A stretch of DNA of 58,902 bases from a virus (taxonomy: Duplodnaviria; Caudoviricetes), in the IMG/VR virus record IMGVR_UViG_3300032320_001902, positions 1-58,902 of that record. One strand, written 5' to 3'. Below the pieces are notes generated by a model. It made no database searches and had not been told where the DNA came from. It saw nothing but the letters and a program-made list of their open reading frames with translations. How positions within the stretch are numbered: position 1 is the first letter of the stretch; each line of letters begins with the position of its first letter. Positions 10,189 to 19,920 of the stretch are shown one piece after another. A program made the translations under genes and the position numbers.

Positions 10189-11301
10189 TTAAAATTTGTC
10201 GAGGCCACCACCGAACGCCTCTGCGATTGTGTTTGCTAATGCCGTCTTGCGGTCAGTATTGCCGCTCAACGCTGGTGAACCTGGTCGCCTTGTGGTGTAA
10301 TCGTCAGGGCGTGTCACCTCTCTGTAAACTTCGTCCTTGCCTTCACCTTTTGCTTTTGCCGCTATTGCCTTTGACACATCATTCCGAAGTGCATAAGGCC
10401 CGTACAAAAGGAAGGTTTTTTGCATATTGATAGAGCCGTCAGAGTTTAAAACGGGAGGGTAGTTTGGGTGTTGAATGAATTTTTCAACCATGCCGATACG
10501 TTCTTGGGTTAATTCCAAACCATACATCGACTTACCAACAAGGTCTTTTTTCATTTGCCCCCATTCTGCCTGTGCGTTTTCTATATTTTGCTTTCTTATC
10601 TCACTTAACTTGGCTGCTGCTTGTTTAAACGGATTGTTGCCTGCTTCTTCTAAGCGTTTGGCATTTTCCGCCATCATTTTCTGCTTTATATCGCCAAGCT
10701 TTTGAGCTTGTTCAAGCCTTGTCATATCATTGAACTTGTCCATCTCCCTTTCCATTTCATCGCTCACTTCATCTTCGGTAAGTCCAATTTCTTTTAATGT
10801 TTTTTCCGCTTCTTTAAAGTATTCTTTTTTCAAATCATCAATAGAAAGTTTTTCTACGTTGATTGGTTTTACTTTCTCTAAAGCCTCATAAACATCTTCA
10901 CCTCTCAGTCTTGCTTCGATAACCAATTTGGCAATTGGGTCTGATTCTAAATCTTCAAGGAACTTTATTTTCTTTTCAACCTCAGGGTTTGTTCTGTTTT
11001 CTTTTACTTCTTTCTCCTTACTTGGGTCGGTAATGATTTGAGAAAAAACTTCCGAATCGTCAACATCAAAAATATCATCCTTTGATTCAGCAGTTTTAGT
11101 GCCTTCAACTTGTTGCTCTTGCTCTCCTTGAGGGTTTGCTTGTTCAACAGGTTTTTCGACTTTTGTTTCAGTTTCAATCGTTTCAACCTTTTCTTCCATC
11201 AAATCTCCTTTGGGAGCTTCAGTTTGTGGAATAGTTTTGCTTTCAATTGCTTGCGTCAATGCTGGGTTTTGTGTCCAGTCCATTTCGTTGCTGTTTTCCA
11301 T
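10189..11301 (-). CDS. Scaffold-like acidic coiled-coil protein
   Basis: Glu/Lys-rich, between portal and MCP; start moved to ATG 11301, downstream of the promoter at 11329-11336. Confidence 0.6.
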   Translation of the reverse strand: MENSNEMDWTQNPALTQAIESKTIPQTEAPKGDLMEEKVETIETETKVEKPVEQANPQGEQEQQVEGTKTAESKDDIFDVDDSEVFSQIITDPSKEKEVKENRTNPEVEKKIKFLEDLESDPIAKLVIEARLRGEDVYEALEKVKPINVEKLSIDDLKKEYFKEAEKTLKEIGLTEDEVSDEMEREMDKFNDMTRLEQAQKLGDIKQKMMAENAKRLEEAGNNPFKQAAAKLSEIRKQNIENAQAEWGQMKKDLVGKSMYGLELTQERIGMVEKFIQHPNYPPVLNSDGSINMQKTFLLYGPYALRNDVSKAIAAKAKGEGKDEVYREVTRPDDYTTRRPGSPALSGNTDRKTALANTIAEAFGGGLDKF

Positions 11302-11328
11302 TTTGCTTTCGTTTTTATAAATCAACCA

Positions 11329-11390
11329 CAAAAATACCTTTGCTTATACATTAAGAAAGTTATGTATATTGGTTTAATTGCCTATATTTG
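11329..11390. promoter_or_regulatory. Divergent promoter pair
   Basis: TATTTTTG on minus (11329-11336) and TATATTTG on plus (11383-11390). Confidence 0.65.
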
Positions 11391-11394
11391 CCTA

Positions 11395-11553
11395 ATGGAA
11401 AAAATCGCAACAAGCAGAAAGGGGCAATCCTCTTTGTTGAGAATCACCCCTCGTCCTAATTTATTAAGAAAATTTCGTCAAGAATGTCAGGAAAGAGATA
11501 TAAGCCCAACTGAACTTATAAATCAAATCCTTAGAGAAAGGTATAAAATTTAA
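11395..11553 (+). CDS. Ribbon-helix-helix-like small DNA-binding protein (52 aa)
   Basis: MEKIATSRKGQSSLLRITPRPNLLRKFRQECQERDISPTELINQILRERYKI; beta-helix-helix pattern; ATG 4 nt after TATATTTG. Confidence 0.65.
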   Translation: MEKIATSRKGQSSLLRITPRPNLLRKFRQECQERDISPTELINQILRERYKI

Positions 11554-13772
11554 GCCGAAGGCTGCTGCATCTCCTGTTCTTTTGCATCAAGATTTGCTGC
11601 TTCAACTGCCATTTTAGAGTTGACCTCCATTTCCTTCCTTGCCGTTGCTCCCGACTCTTGCTTGTCAACAGCTTGTTGATAGTTTTGCATTTCTGCAAGT
11701 TTCATTGCTTGTGCTTGTGCATTTGCTTCATCAAGGGCTTTCTTAGCTTTCTCGATATATTCCTCCAAAATATCTTCTGCCTCTTGATAGGTTTCAGCCT
11801 TCATCATTTTAATTGAAGTTAAGAACGCCTCTGCACTATTTGGGTTTCCACTATTTTGCAGGTATGCAAGAAGCTTTCCATCAAGGCTTAGTTTTCTTTC
11901 TTCATCAATAACATCGTCTGTTTTAAGGTATACCAAAACATCTTGCAACGTCCATTCTCCATCAACATCAAGCACATCAATGCCCTCCTTGCCAATAACA
12001 ATGTTTTCTTTCTTGCCTTTTAAAAGTAAAATATACAGGTTTACTGCATACTGCAAAATCTCTTCTTCGTACCTTGTAAAGTTGGTAAATTCAGAAAGTA
12101 GTCCTGTATAAGCAGCTTCCATTGATGCTTTTCTTACCTTCTCCGAAACGTAGGTTGTTTGTTGCCCCATAGCAACACCACTTAATGATGCAATCTTCTC
12201 CATTTGATTAAGGAAGAAGGCATATTGGTTGGTGTATACATTTATTGCTGCACTATCAAGCCTAAAGTCAAGCGGCTTTATTAGTTCTCCATCACCAAAC
12301 TGAACATCCCCATACTCGCCTGACGCACCATTGTATACACTAAATCCAAAAGCACTAAAGTCATTGATAAGCCTTTTCGGATTATCGGTAAGGCTGTTCA
12401 ATTTACTTCCATCCATCAAATATACAACACCCTTATCCCTTGCCATAATGGATTTAATCTTGAAGCGAAGGAAGTCAAGCATATCTTGGATTTGATTCAT
12501 TAGTCCAACCATAGAAGTACCATCGCCCATTATGTTGAATCCATCAAAAATCTTGATTGGCATTTCAGGGTTGCTCTTGTTGTCCCAAGAACGTACAACA
12601 TTGTTTGCAAGACCTTCTTCCAAAATCCATCTATCTCCCGCAAACACACAATAGTATAAATCGTTTGTTACAAGTTCAGACTTTTCATTCTTTCTTGGCT
12701 TAACGTAGTTTACGTTGCCATACTTGTCATTTATTTTCTTTTTGTTTAAATGCCTTGGCCCAACCCAAAAACAAGTAACAACGCTTATCGTTCCCGCTCT
12801 GCTTGTTGTCGCAGGGCCATACCAAGAAAATAAAGGCCAATTATAATAGTTGGCGTTTGGCGTTATGTTCATATACGCATCTTTTATCTCTTGTGCCGTT
12901 TGCTCGTTTACACTCCACCTTGTTAATATTTCTTGGGCAGTTAATTGTTCGATATACCCAGCAGCTTTCATTTTTCTGTTGAAGGGGTCGTTTGTAGCCT
13001 TCTCCCAAAACAAATTGTAAAACGGATGGTGCTGAATTTCAGGCTTTCCATTTTTTGCAAGAATACTAACTCCTGTGAAGTTTGCGGCATACTTGTCTGC
13101 AAAACAAGCCTTCATAGTCATATCCATAAACTGCCCCTCTTGCAAGGAATAAGCAAGTTTGACTGCATTGTCAGCCGCTTTGTCTTTCCACTTCTTCATA
13201 GCCATTTCCGCAGCTTTTTGTGGGGTTTTAGGGTTCTCTTTAGTGCCAAGTGGATTTAAGCTCATTCCATCAATTTGACCAAGAACTTGCATAAACTCTT
13301 CGCTACCTTGAAGCATTGCCGCCTCAATAAACGCTTTTCTTTCCACAACCACATCCCTACTTAAAGTTAATGCCGTTATCTTCTTGTTTCCAAGTTGCTT
13401 TTCAAACAAACCTAAATGATGCCTGTAAATGTTTGAAATTTCCTTGCCTGCCTCCCAACGAACTTGAAGGTTGTTGTTGTCCATATCCGTTGTGAACTGC
13501 TTGTAGAAAAGATTGTTTTGCTTTCCAAACAAGTACCTACTAAACTCTACACCCCTTGAAACAATCCGAAGATTTTCCATTGGGTCGTCAATAGACCAAC
13601 TTCCCGCAGGTCGGTTGTAGTAGTTGTATAAGAAGAATCTTAGGTTTTGACTAAACCAAGTAACCTGTCTTTTGTCATCATCGACTTCAACTATCTGTTT
13701 GTCGATTTCGTTTTTGCTAATCCAAGGGTCTGGACGAAAAACCTGGGGTTCAATCATGTTTAATGAAATCAT
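11550..13772 (-). CDS. Portal protein
   Basis: 740 aa directly after the terminase; 'SMVGLMNQIQDMLD' and 'SGVAMGQ' motifs plus a helical C-terminal barrel. Confidence 0.85.
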   Translation of the reverse strand: MISLNMIEPQVFRPDPWISKNEIDKQIVEVDDDKRQVTWFSQNLRFFLYNYYNRPAGSWSIDDPMENLRIVSRGVEFSRYLFGKQNNLFYKQFTTDMDNNNLQVRWEAGKEISNIYRHHLGLFEKQLGNKKITALTLSRDVVVERKAFIEAAMLQGSEEFMQVLGQIDGMSLNPLGTKENPKTPQKAAEMAMKKWKDKAADNAVKLAYSLQEGQFMDMTMKACFADKYAANFTGVSILAKNGKPEIQHHPFYNLFWEKATNDPFNRKMKAAGYIEQLTAQEILTRWSVNEQTAQEIKDAYMNITPNANYYNWPLFSWYGPATTSRAGTISVVTCFWVGPRHLNKKKINDKYGNVNYVKPRKNEKSELVTNDLYYCVFAGDRWILEEGLANNVVRSWDNKSNPEMPIKIFDGFNIMGDGTSMVGLMNQIQDMLDFLRFKIKSIMARDKGVVYLMDGSKLNSLTDNPKRLINDFSAFGFSVYNGASGEYGDVQFGDGELIKPLDFRLDSAAINVYTNQYAFFLNQMEKIASLSGVAMGQQTTYVSEKVRKASMEAAYTGLLSEFTNFTRYEEEILQYAVNLYILLLKGKKENIVIGKEGIDVLDVDGEWTLQDVLVYLKTDDVIDEERKLSLDGKLLAYLQNSGNPNSAEAFLTSIKMMKAETYQEAEDILEEYIEKAKKALDEANAQAQAMKLAEMQNYQQAVDKQESGATARKEMEVNSKMAVEAANLDAKEQEMQQPSA

Positions 13773-15724
13773 TGTCTTGAGTATGTGTCGGGTAAAAGAT
13801 TATTTGTATGTTCGTGTGGATTTACAAAGTATTGCCTTTTCATACCCCACCCATAACTTCCATCAGGATTCTTTACCATTACAGGGTGTTCTATGAATTG
13901 CTGAATTTGATTTTCTTTTTGAATAGGCTTGTTTATTAAAGGCCAAGCAATGGCAAGGACAGTTAAAAAACTACTCAGCCTATCAAAGTTGTCTGTATGA
14001 TTAGCAAAAGCTATTTCATTCATCAATGAAGGAATAAAAATATCCTTACAATGTTTTCTTAGGTAAATGTTTCCAAGGTCAATCTGCTTGGATAATATTT
14101 GAGATGTCCTATATTGACCGTATATCGCTTTCTTCTTTAATTTATGCGTTCCAACCTCCGCTTGAAGGGCAAATAAATAATCTTCAAGATTTTGGTTTAT
14201 AAAATACGTCACGATTCCTGTTGCTTGCCCTTGGTTGGACTCAATATGCACTTTGGCGTTATACCAAACAGCAATAGCGGTTAAAACCTCATAACACTTT
14301 TCCATTTGTTTTGGAAGTTCTGTATATTGACAGACAGGAGCAAAATTCAACCCTTCGGGGCTTTCGTATATTTTCATCACCGTTGCCGACACCTTAGACC
14401 TGTCCTTGTCGGAACTATTGGTTGTGTTTTCTTGAGAAGCAGCACCATCCACGCCGATAAAATATTTTACCCCAGCTTTGGGCTGTTCTACAACTTCACA
14501 AAAACCTTTTGCAGTTGGCATAAAGGTAGCCTTTCTTTCGTTTCTAAATATGTTTCCTGTTACAAGTGGCATCTTGCCTTCGGGTACGGCAATTAATTCG
14601 TCATAATGCTGCTTTGCTATTGAAGCAACATCGTCCTCCCAATACCCACCTTGAGCAAGTTCAAAAATATCGTTAATGCTTCTTGGGTTGTTTTTCTTGA
14701 AAGAACGAAGGGCTTCATCGTCAGACTTAGAAATCATACTTTCGATTTCCTTCTCATACCATACTTGCCCGTTCTCCCAATCCGTCCATCCTGTATAATC
14801 TGTGTTTGTTTTTTGAAAACCCCAAAGGCAGTCAAGGAATATTATATCGCTTTTCCAAGTGTCAGACTTTTCAACCGTTTTCTTGAACTCCATCAAGTCA
14901 TCGTTTGTTAAAGTGTCCTCCACTGTTCCACCCCAAATCAAAAACCCATCAAGTTCTTTTGTCCTTGGGTTTCTATAACACTCAATAGACGAGTTTAAAA
15001 GCTTGTTCTTTCTTCTATGCAAAGGAAGCTCATCGTATAAGCCCAAGGCAGCACCACTACCCGAAAAGGAAGAAGCACTTTTATCGCTATCAGAAGTTTC
15101 CCTTGCAAAAATTGTACTCACACCTTCTTTTGTTTCGCCAAACTGATTTACATATTCACTCTTTACGGCAAGGTAGGAGGTTTGCTTGGTTTCGTTTCTG
15201 TTCTTTTCTTCGGGTCGTATATCCTTGTGAAGATTCTCGTAGCATACGATTAACTTGTCGGAAAAAATCTTAGCAAGGGTTGGTTGGTCTTTTGAGGTCA
15301 TATTGATGTTACTACCAGGCTTTGTGAGCATAGTATGATTAGCCAATATACCAAACAAGGTTGATAGTCCAACACCCCTACCTTTTAATATTCCCGCACT
15401 ACGTTTTTGTTTCTTTGCAAGTTCAAGCCTTGTGTGAAGATACAAGTCCACATCACGACAAACAGGACGTTCTAATCCACCTGTTATACGATTTTTAAGC
15501 ATCCCTTGGCTTGCCATAAAGTACAAGGTTGCAGGAAGCCCGCCGTGTCCAACATTCCACCTTTCAAATTCTGTTGCCCAATACTTTTCCTTTTCAAGGC
15601 TTGTCCGAAAGGTAGGAATTGGCGTAAATTGAAATATCGGCTTTTTAGGGTTAAACTTTTCCAACACGTCAGCAACGTCCTTTGGTAAAGACTTAAAGTA
15701 TTGGTTGTTTTTAATTAAACCCAT
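13769..15724 (-). CDS. terL: Terminase large subunit
   Basis: Walker A-like 'LKGRGVGLST', Walker B 'GLYDE', coupling motif 'GGT', nuclease 'IGVDG' and 'HIESN'. Confidence 0.9.
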   Translation of the reverse strand: MGLIKNNQYFKSLPKDVADVLEKFNPKKPIFQFTPIPTFRTSLEKEKYWATEFERWNVGHGGLPATLYFMASQGMLKNRITGGLERPVCRDVDLYLHTRLELAKKQKRSAGILKGRGVGLSTLFGILANHTMLTKPGSNINMTSKDQPTLAKIFSDKLIVCYENLHKDIRPEEKNRNETKQTSYLAVKSEYVNQFGETKEGVSTIFARETSDSDKSASSFSGSGAALGLYDELPLHRRKNKLLNSSIECYRNPRTKELDGFLIWGGTVEDTLTNDDLMEFKKTVEKSDTWKSDIIFLDCLWGFQKTNTDYTGWTDWENGQVWYEKEIESMISKSDDEALRSFKKNNPRSINDIFELAQGGYWEDDVASIAKQHYDELIAVPEGKMPLVTGNIFRNERKATFMPTAKGFCEVVEQPKAGVKYFIGVDGAASQENTTNSSDKDRSKVSATVMKIYESPEGLNFAPVCQYTELPKQMEKCYEVLTAIAVWYNAKVHIESNQGQATGIVTYFINQNLEDYLFALQAEVGTHKLKKKAIYGQYRTSQILSKQIDLGNIYLRKHCKDIFIPSLMNEIAFANHTDNFDRLSSFLTVLAIAWPLINKPIQKENQIQQFIEHPVMVKNPDGSYGWGMKRQYFVNPHEHTNNLLPDTYSRQ

Positions 15725-15728
15725 ATCG

Positions 15729-15736
15729 CAAAATTA
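15729..15736 (-). promoter_or_regulatory. -7 promoter element 4 nt before the terL ATG
   Basis: TAATTTTG-CGAT-ATG on the minus strand. Confidence 0.6.
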
Positions 15737-15741
15737 CTAAT

Positions 15742-16128
15742 TTATCCCAACTTAGGTTTAAATTTCGATTCTTTTCCGCCCGCATTTTCTTGATTAGGCT
15801 CTCCTGTTAACTTTTTTGTTTCATTAATTCCTTTCATTATCGAAGCAGACTTTTCTGCAATAAGCAAATTTGCTTTTAAAAGAGGGTTAACATCACCGTC
15901 CTTAACAACACTTAGCCCTCCATCAGAGGTCATCGTATAGATGCTGTCAAGGCTTGAGTTTAGCATTGCCTTTACCTTCAACTCAGGTCTTTCCTTAACG
16001 TGCCTAAGTAACTTTAATAACTTTGCCACATAAGGCTTTCTTATCGAATCTTTTTCGGCCTCTTCCAACTCTTCTTCGCTAAGAAGTTTAGGAATTTCAG
16101 GGATATAGTCAAAATATTCTTCTTCCAT
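15742..16128 (-). CDS. Hypothetical protein, possible terminase small subunit
   Basis: 128 aa, helical, directly upstream of terL. Confidence 0.4.
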   Translation of the reverse strand: MEEEYFDYIPEIPKLLSEEELEEAEKDSIRKPYVAKLLKLLRHVKERPELKVKAMLNSSLDSIYTMTSDGGLSVVKDGDVNPLLKANLLIAEKSASIMKGINETKKLTGEPNQENAGGKESKFKPKLG

Positions 16129-16155
16129 ACTACTTTTGTGTTTTATTTATTTGAA

Positions 16156-16440
16156 ATGTCATCATCAATTACAGGAAAATTTGTAAGCCTATCACATAGG
16201 CACTTAACAACTAAAGAAGGAGAACCTTTTAAAAAAACTTGCTTCAAATTAGAAGTTGTAAACGAAAAAAATGGAAAATCTTTCTTTCCGTTCTTTGAAG
16301 CCAAAGAAGGCATCTTTAATATCCTTGAAAGAATCAAGAAGGGCGACAACGTAAAGGTTTTGTTTCTGCCTGATTCAAAAGGAATCGAAGGAAATGAAAT
16401 TTCCATCAATAGAGCATTTAGGGTAGAGTTACTTCAATAG
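16156..16440 (+). CDS. OB-fold / DUF3127-like ssDNA-binding protein
   Basis: 'ITGKFVSL...GEPFKK..F.LE...IKKGDNVKV.F' pattern; promoter TACTTTTG at 16131-16138. Confidence 0.45.
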   Translation: MSSSITGKFVSLSHRHLTTKEGEPFKKTCFKLEVVNEKNGKSFFPFFEAKEGIFNILERIKKGDNVKVLFLPDSKGIEGNEISINRAFRVELLQ

Positions 16441-16786
16441 GATTATCCTTAGTTGCTCTCCAATCCTTTTCCATTTCCAATATTTCAGGAAAGGGATACT
16501 TTCCTTTTTTGGCTAAAGCCCAAGCCTTGCTTCTTGCTTTCCTATCTTTCAGTACATTATTAAAATACCAAGCTTCGTATATTCCCATTTTTATTGTTTC
16601 ACCACGAAAGGTAACAAGGTCAAACGGCTTTTCGGCAACTTCGCCAATAACATTACGAGCGTTTTCAGACAAATCCCCATCTTCCAAGTTTTCACGTTCT
16701 AACTTACGGCCTTTCCTTAGTTCAAGTGTGGCGTAAATGAAAATTGATATAGCTACTGCTATAAGTATGATTCCAAAATATTGCAT
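16418..16786 (-). CDS. Membrane-anchored hypothetical protein
   Basis: N-terminal TM segment; ATG 3 nt after TATCTTTG (16790-16797). Confidence 0.55.
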   Translation of the reverse strand: MQYFGIILIAVAISIFIYATLELRKGRKLERENLEDGDLSENARNVIGEVAEKPFDLVTFRGETIKMGIYEAWYFNNVLKDRKARSKAWALAKKGKYPFPEILEMEKDWRATKDNPIEVTLP

Positions 16787-16789
16787 AGG

Positions 16790-16817
16790 CAAAGATAATT
16801 ATTTTTTTGTAATTTTG
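16790..16817. promoter_or_regulatory. Back-to-back promoter pair
   Basis: TATCTTTG (minus, 16790-16797) and TAATTTTG (plus, 16810-16817), each 3-4 nt from an ATG. Confidence 0.6.
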
Positions 16818-16821
16818 TCTT

Positions 16822-17079
16822 ATGGCAAACAAACACGACAAACCAATTCCAAAAACTACTAAAGGCAAAGATAAGAACTATTTACCTGTTTCACAAGGCG
16901 CTGGCATGAGCGAAAAAGGGCGAAAAGCCTATAACGCCAAGAATGGTTCTAACCTTAAACCGCCTGCCCCAAACCCAAAAACCGAAAAGGACGCTGCAAG
17001 AAAGAAAAGCTTCTGTGCAAGGTCTAAAGGTTGGACAGGCGAACGAGGTAAGGCTGCAAGGAAAAGGTGGAACTGCTGA
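16822..17079 (+). CDS. Small basic phage protein (DUF6321-like)
   Basis: 'GRKAYNAKNGSNLKPP...RKKSFCARSKG...ARKRWNC' signature. Confidence 0.7.
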   Translation: MANKHDKPIPKTTKGKDKNYLPVSQGAGMSEKGRKAYNAKNGSNLKPPAPNPKTEKDAARKKSFCARSKGWTGERGKAARKRWNC

Positions 17080-17080
17080 T

Positions 17081-17518
17081 TTATTTAACATCTTTCTTGG
17101 TTAGGTAGTACAAGTGAATAGCATCTGCTTCATCGTCAGAATCCCCTGTATATCCATATTGCTTCCTTGCCGCTTCAATCATTTGCTCCTTGTTGGCATT
17201 GCCCTTATCGGTTGCAAACTTTTTAATTTCTGTTGCTGAATAACAGGCAAGTTCAATTCCTTTTTCAATGCAAAGGTCTTTCAGCACCCCAACCATTTCT
17301 GATGCAACCATAATGGAGGCTTTGTGCATTCCCGCAGGGCGTTCGTAACTGACAAGGGTGATGGATTCCATTTCGATAAGTTCCCTTACCTTGGATTTAA
17401 ACCTTACAACCCTCATTCCTTCGCTTTCACCTCTTGCAGGTTTTAAGTTCCACACCCCGCTTGCTGTTTCTGTTTTCCAGCCTGTGTTGGTGGCTATGTC
17501 AAGTGCTAATATTTTCAT
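17081..17518 (-). CDS. RuvC-like Holliday junction resolvase
   Basis: 'ILALDIA..TGW', 'VSYE', 'IKKFATDKGNANKEQM', 'DDEADAI'. Confidence 0.85.
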   Translation of the reverse strand: MKILALDIATNTGWKTETASGVWNLKPARGESEGMRVVRFKSKVRELIEMESITLVSYERPAGMHKASIMVASEMVGVLKDLCIEKGIELACYSATEIKKFATDKGNANKEQMIEAARKQYGYTGDSDDEADAIHLYYLTKKDVK

Positions 17519-17709
17519 TGCTCTTTTTCCTCCTGATTTAAGTTTAATTTCTTTGCCCTCGCTTGAAACTTCAACGTAGCATACCTTTGCTCAACTTGCT
17601 CAAAGGTGCAATAGATTTTCGTGTCAATGGTTTGGTAAAGGTCTAGGCGAACTCGAATGAAGTTATCTTCAACAAAAGTTTCAAAGGTTGGGATTTTTTG
17701 ATTTTTCAT
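17515..17709 (-). CDS. Hypothetical protein
   Basis: 64 aa, ATGA-coupled to the RuvC-like gene. Confidence 0.55.
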   Translation of the reverse strand: MKNQKIPTFETFVEDNFIRVRLDLYQTIDTKIYCTFEQVEQRYATLKFQARAKKLNLNQEEKEQ

Positions 17710-17720
17710 TTTTTAATTTT

Positions 17721-17960
17721 TTACAATTCACAATCTAATACTTTCAACACCTTCTCCCACATTTCCTTGTTGTCATAAATAACAACTTCCTTCCTTCCAT
17801 TGACATCGAGGCTAATGTAGAAAGCTTTGCTATGCCCTTCAATCCAGCTATGGATAATTATGTTCTTGTCCCTTGGAAACCTCAAATGGAGCAATTTATC
17901 AATGTAAATCCTTACGTCCTCGGAATCGGCTTTGGTAGTTATGTTCATAGTTTTAATCAA
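17721..17960 (-). CDS. Hypothetical protein
   Basis: 79 aa ORF within the minus-strand run. Confidence 0.55.
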   Translation of the reverse strand: MIKTMNITTKADSEDVRIYIDKLLHLRFPRDKNIIIHSWIEGHSKAFYISLDVNGRKEVVIYDNKEMWEKVLKVLDCEL

Positions 17961-18260
17961 TTATTTGCAGAGGCGACACCAGCCCATTCTAAAGTTGTGA
18001 ATCATCTTTTGCGTTTGTTCTTGTTCATTGTTATCGGAAAGAAATGTATATCGCTGTTTTACCCATTTATTTTTTACAAGGTCTAAAACCTCGTACTCCG
18101 TTTCGTGTTGCAACTTGCCCATAAACGAAATAGCTTCAGTATGAGAATAAACATACTCTTTATCGAATTGGAAAAAATAAGTGCTACTTACATTGTTTTG
18201 CTGAAAACAAAATTGGCGCAACTTAGACAAACTTAATTTTTCTAACAATTTTCTTATCAT
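17961..18260 (-). CDS. Hypothetical protein
   Basis: ORF with an A-rich leader before ATG 18260. Confidence 0.5.
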   Translation of the reverse strand: MIRKLLEKLSLSKLRQFCFQQNNVSSTYFFQFDKEYVYSHTEAISFMGKLQHETEYEVLDLVKNKWVKQRYTFLSDNNEQEQTQKMIHNFRMGWCRLCK

Positions 18261-18282
18261 AATTGTAAATTTTAAAGTTTTC

Positions 18283-18423
18283 TCAATCAATCAATTCAAC
18301 CTCCCCAATCGGGTACACTTGCATTCTACTTTTCCCTTCAATCCACAAGCCTACAAAGTTTTCGTCCATATCCCCAATCCTTCCAATGATTCCTGTTGCG
18401 ATTACTTTGGCGTAGCTTGGCAT
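18283..18423 (-). CDS. Small hypothetical protein (46 aa, not in ORF track)
   Basis: MPSYAKVIATGIIGRIGDMDENFVGLWIEGKSRMQVYPIGEVELID; TAATG-coupled to the upstream RHH gene. Confidence 0.55.
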   Translation of the reverse strand: MPSYAKVIATGIIGRIGDMDENFVGLWIEGKSRMQVYPIGEVELID

Positions 18424-18569
18424 TATTTCCCCTTTTCAGTTACTTCAATCCCTTTGTTCAACAAAATGTCGCTCATTTGGCTGAACGACCTTTTCTGCTT
18501 GACAGACAAAGCATCAACCTTGTCGGCTGTTTCCTTGTCAATGTTTATCGTTTTGCGGAGTTTGGGCAT
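18423..18569 (-). CDS. Ribbon-helix-helix protein (48 aa, not in ORF track)
   Basis: MPKLRKTINIDKETADKVDALSVKQKRSFSQMSDILLNKGIEVTEKGK; promoter TAACTTTG at 18587-18594 (minus). Confidence 0.7.
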   Translation of the reverse strand: MPKLRKTINIDKETADKVDALSVKQKRSFSQMSDILLNKGIEVTEKGK

Positions 18570-18619
18570 AGGGTTAATCCTTTCAGCAAAGTTATGAAGT
18601 TTTATGAAACAAACAAATT

Positions 18620-19015
18620 TTATTTTGGGGATTTTTTCTTTTTTTTGTTTGCAACCTTTTGGGCCAAGCTAATCGGTTTAGTAACTTTCGGCTTTTTGTT
18701 GCAATTCAATCTGTTTATGTAGGGGAACTGCTTTGCTATTTCTTGAAACCTTGCACTACCCCTTTTTACATACAAAGATTCTTTGTCAATGTTTTTATGT
18801 TCAAACTCGTGGCAAGGCTTGCAAAGCGTTACCAAATACAAATCGGGTGTTTGCCAAGCCAGCAACCCTGAAATATAAAGGGTGTGATGAACTTGCAAAT
18901 TTACCTGACTTCCACAAGCCCTGCAACAATCAAAATCCCTTTTAATTATTTCAGCCCTTTTGTCAAACCATTTTTTGTTTTTCAGTTGGGCAGCATAACT
19001 TGGTTTTTTAGTCAT
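18620..19015 (-). CDS. HNH endonuclease
   Basis: 'RDFDCCRACG...LQVHH..Y...LVTLCKPCHEFEH'. Confidence 0.85.
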   Translation of the reverse strand: MTKKPSYAAQLKNKKWFDKRAEIIKRDFDCCRACGSQVNLQVHHTLYISGLLAWQTPDLYLVTLCKPCHEFEHKNIDKESLYVKRGSARFQEIAKQFPYINRLNCNKKPKVTKPISLAQKVANKKKKKSPK

Positions 19016-19150
19016 TTTTTCAATTTTTTTGCGGGCAAAATCGGGTTTTTAGCTATTCCAAGGGGTCAAACACTCCCTTCTGTTGGTTTAAGGACAAATG
19101 GTCTAAAGGTATTGGGTTTCTTTCAATATGTGCATTTTTTTGCCAAAGTC

Positions 19151-19918
19151 CTATTTTAAAAAAATGAATTGCTTCAATCTTCTCAAAACAACAAGCCCTT
19201 TATCGTTCTTTGAACGGAAACAATGTCCGTCAAGTTCAGGCTGTCCTTTGATGAAAATTGGATAGTTCTCAGTCATGCAAGCAAAAGCATTTCTTTTCTC
19301 CATTTCAATCAATCCCCTTGCCTCAAGGTTCTGATTAATTGTTGAAACGCTTCTTGCTGACTTTAATCCGATATTCATTGCAATCTCTCTAACAGAAGGG
19401 GATAAATTGACTTCATCGCTTGGATTATTAATCAAAGCGAGCTTGGTTTCTCTGATAAGCTCCTTTTTAACAATCCTTTCCTTTCTATTAAGTTCTTGAA
19501 ATCTTCGGTGAACTTTTTGATTTATTGAACTTCTTATGTAAGCATAAGTGGCATTTTGCCTAAACGTCTTTTTGTTGTGGCCTAAAATCATTCTCTGTTT
19601 AAGGTTGAAACCATATTTGGCCGCAACCTTTTTCCAAGAAACTAATTGAAAGCCTGTACGTTTCTTTATTGCCCACTCTTCTTTCACCATTTGGCTTAAT
19701 TTCTTGCGAAGGGTGTCTTTCTTTACCTTTAACCTTTTAGCGTGAATTTCGAGGTCTTTTGTACGAACAAATCCACCATCGAGGTCTGCATAAATTCCGT
19801 TAATTACTTCGCAATGCCTTTTTAATGTATCGAAGTTGCACCAAAGAGAAAGCAAGCCTTCATCGTTAAGCCTTGCTTGAAATCTTACATATTCCCTATC
19901 TCTTTTATGGTTTGGCAT
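19151..19918 (-). CDS. Winged-helix DNA-binding protein (LexA-N-like HTH in the C-terminal half)
   Basis: 'SPSVREIAMNIGLKSARSVSTINQNLEARGLIE'; start moved to ATG 19918, after the structured leader. Confidence 0.55.
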   Translation of the reverse strand: MPNHKRDREYVRFQARLNDEGLLSLWCNFDTLKRHCEVINGIYADLDGGFVRTKDLEIHAKRLKVKKDTLRKKLSQMVKEEWAIKKRTGFQLVSWKKVAAKYGFNLKQRMILGHNKKTFRQNATYAYIRSSINQKVHRRFQELNRKERIVKKELIRETKLALINNPSDEVNLSPSVREIAMNIGLKSARSVSTINQNLEARGLIEMEKRNAFACMTENYPIFIKGQPELDGHCFRSKNDKGLVVLRRLKQFIFLK

Positions 19919-19920
19919 TA

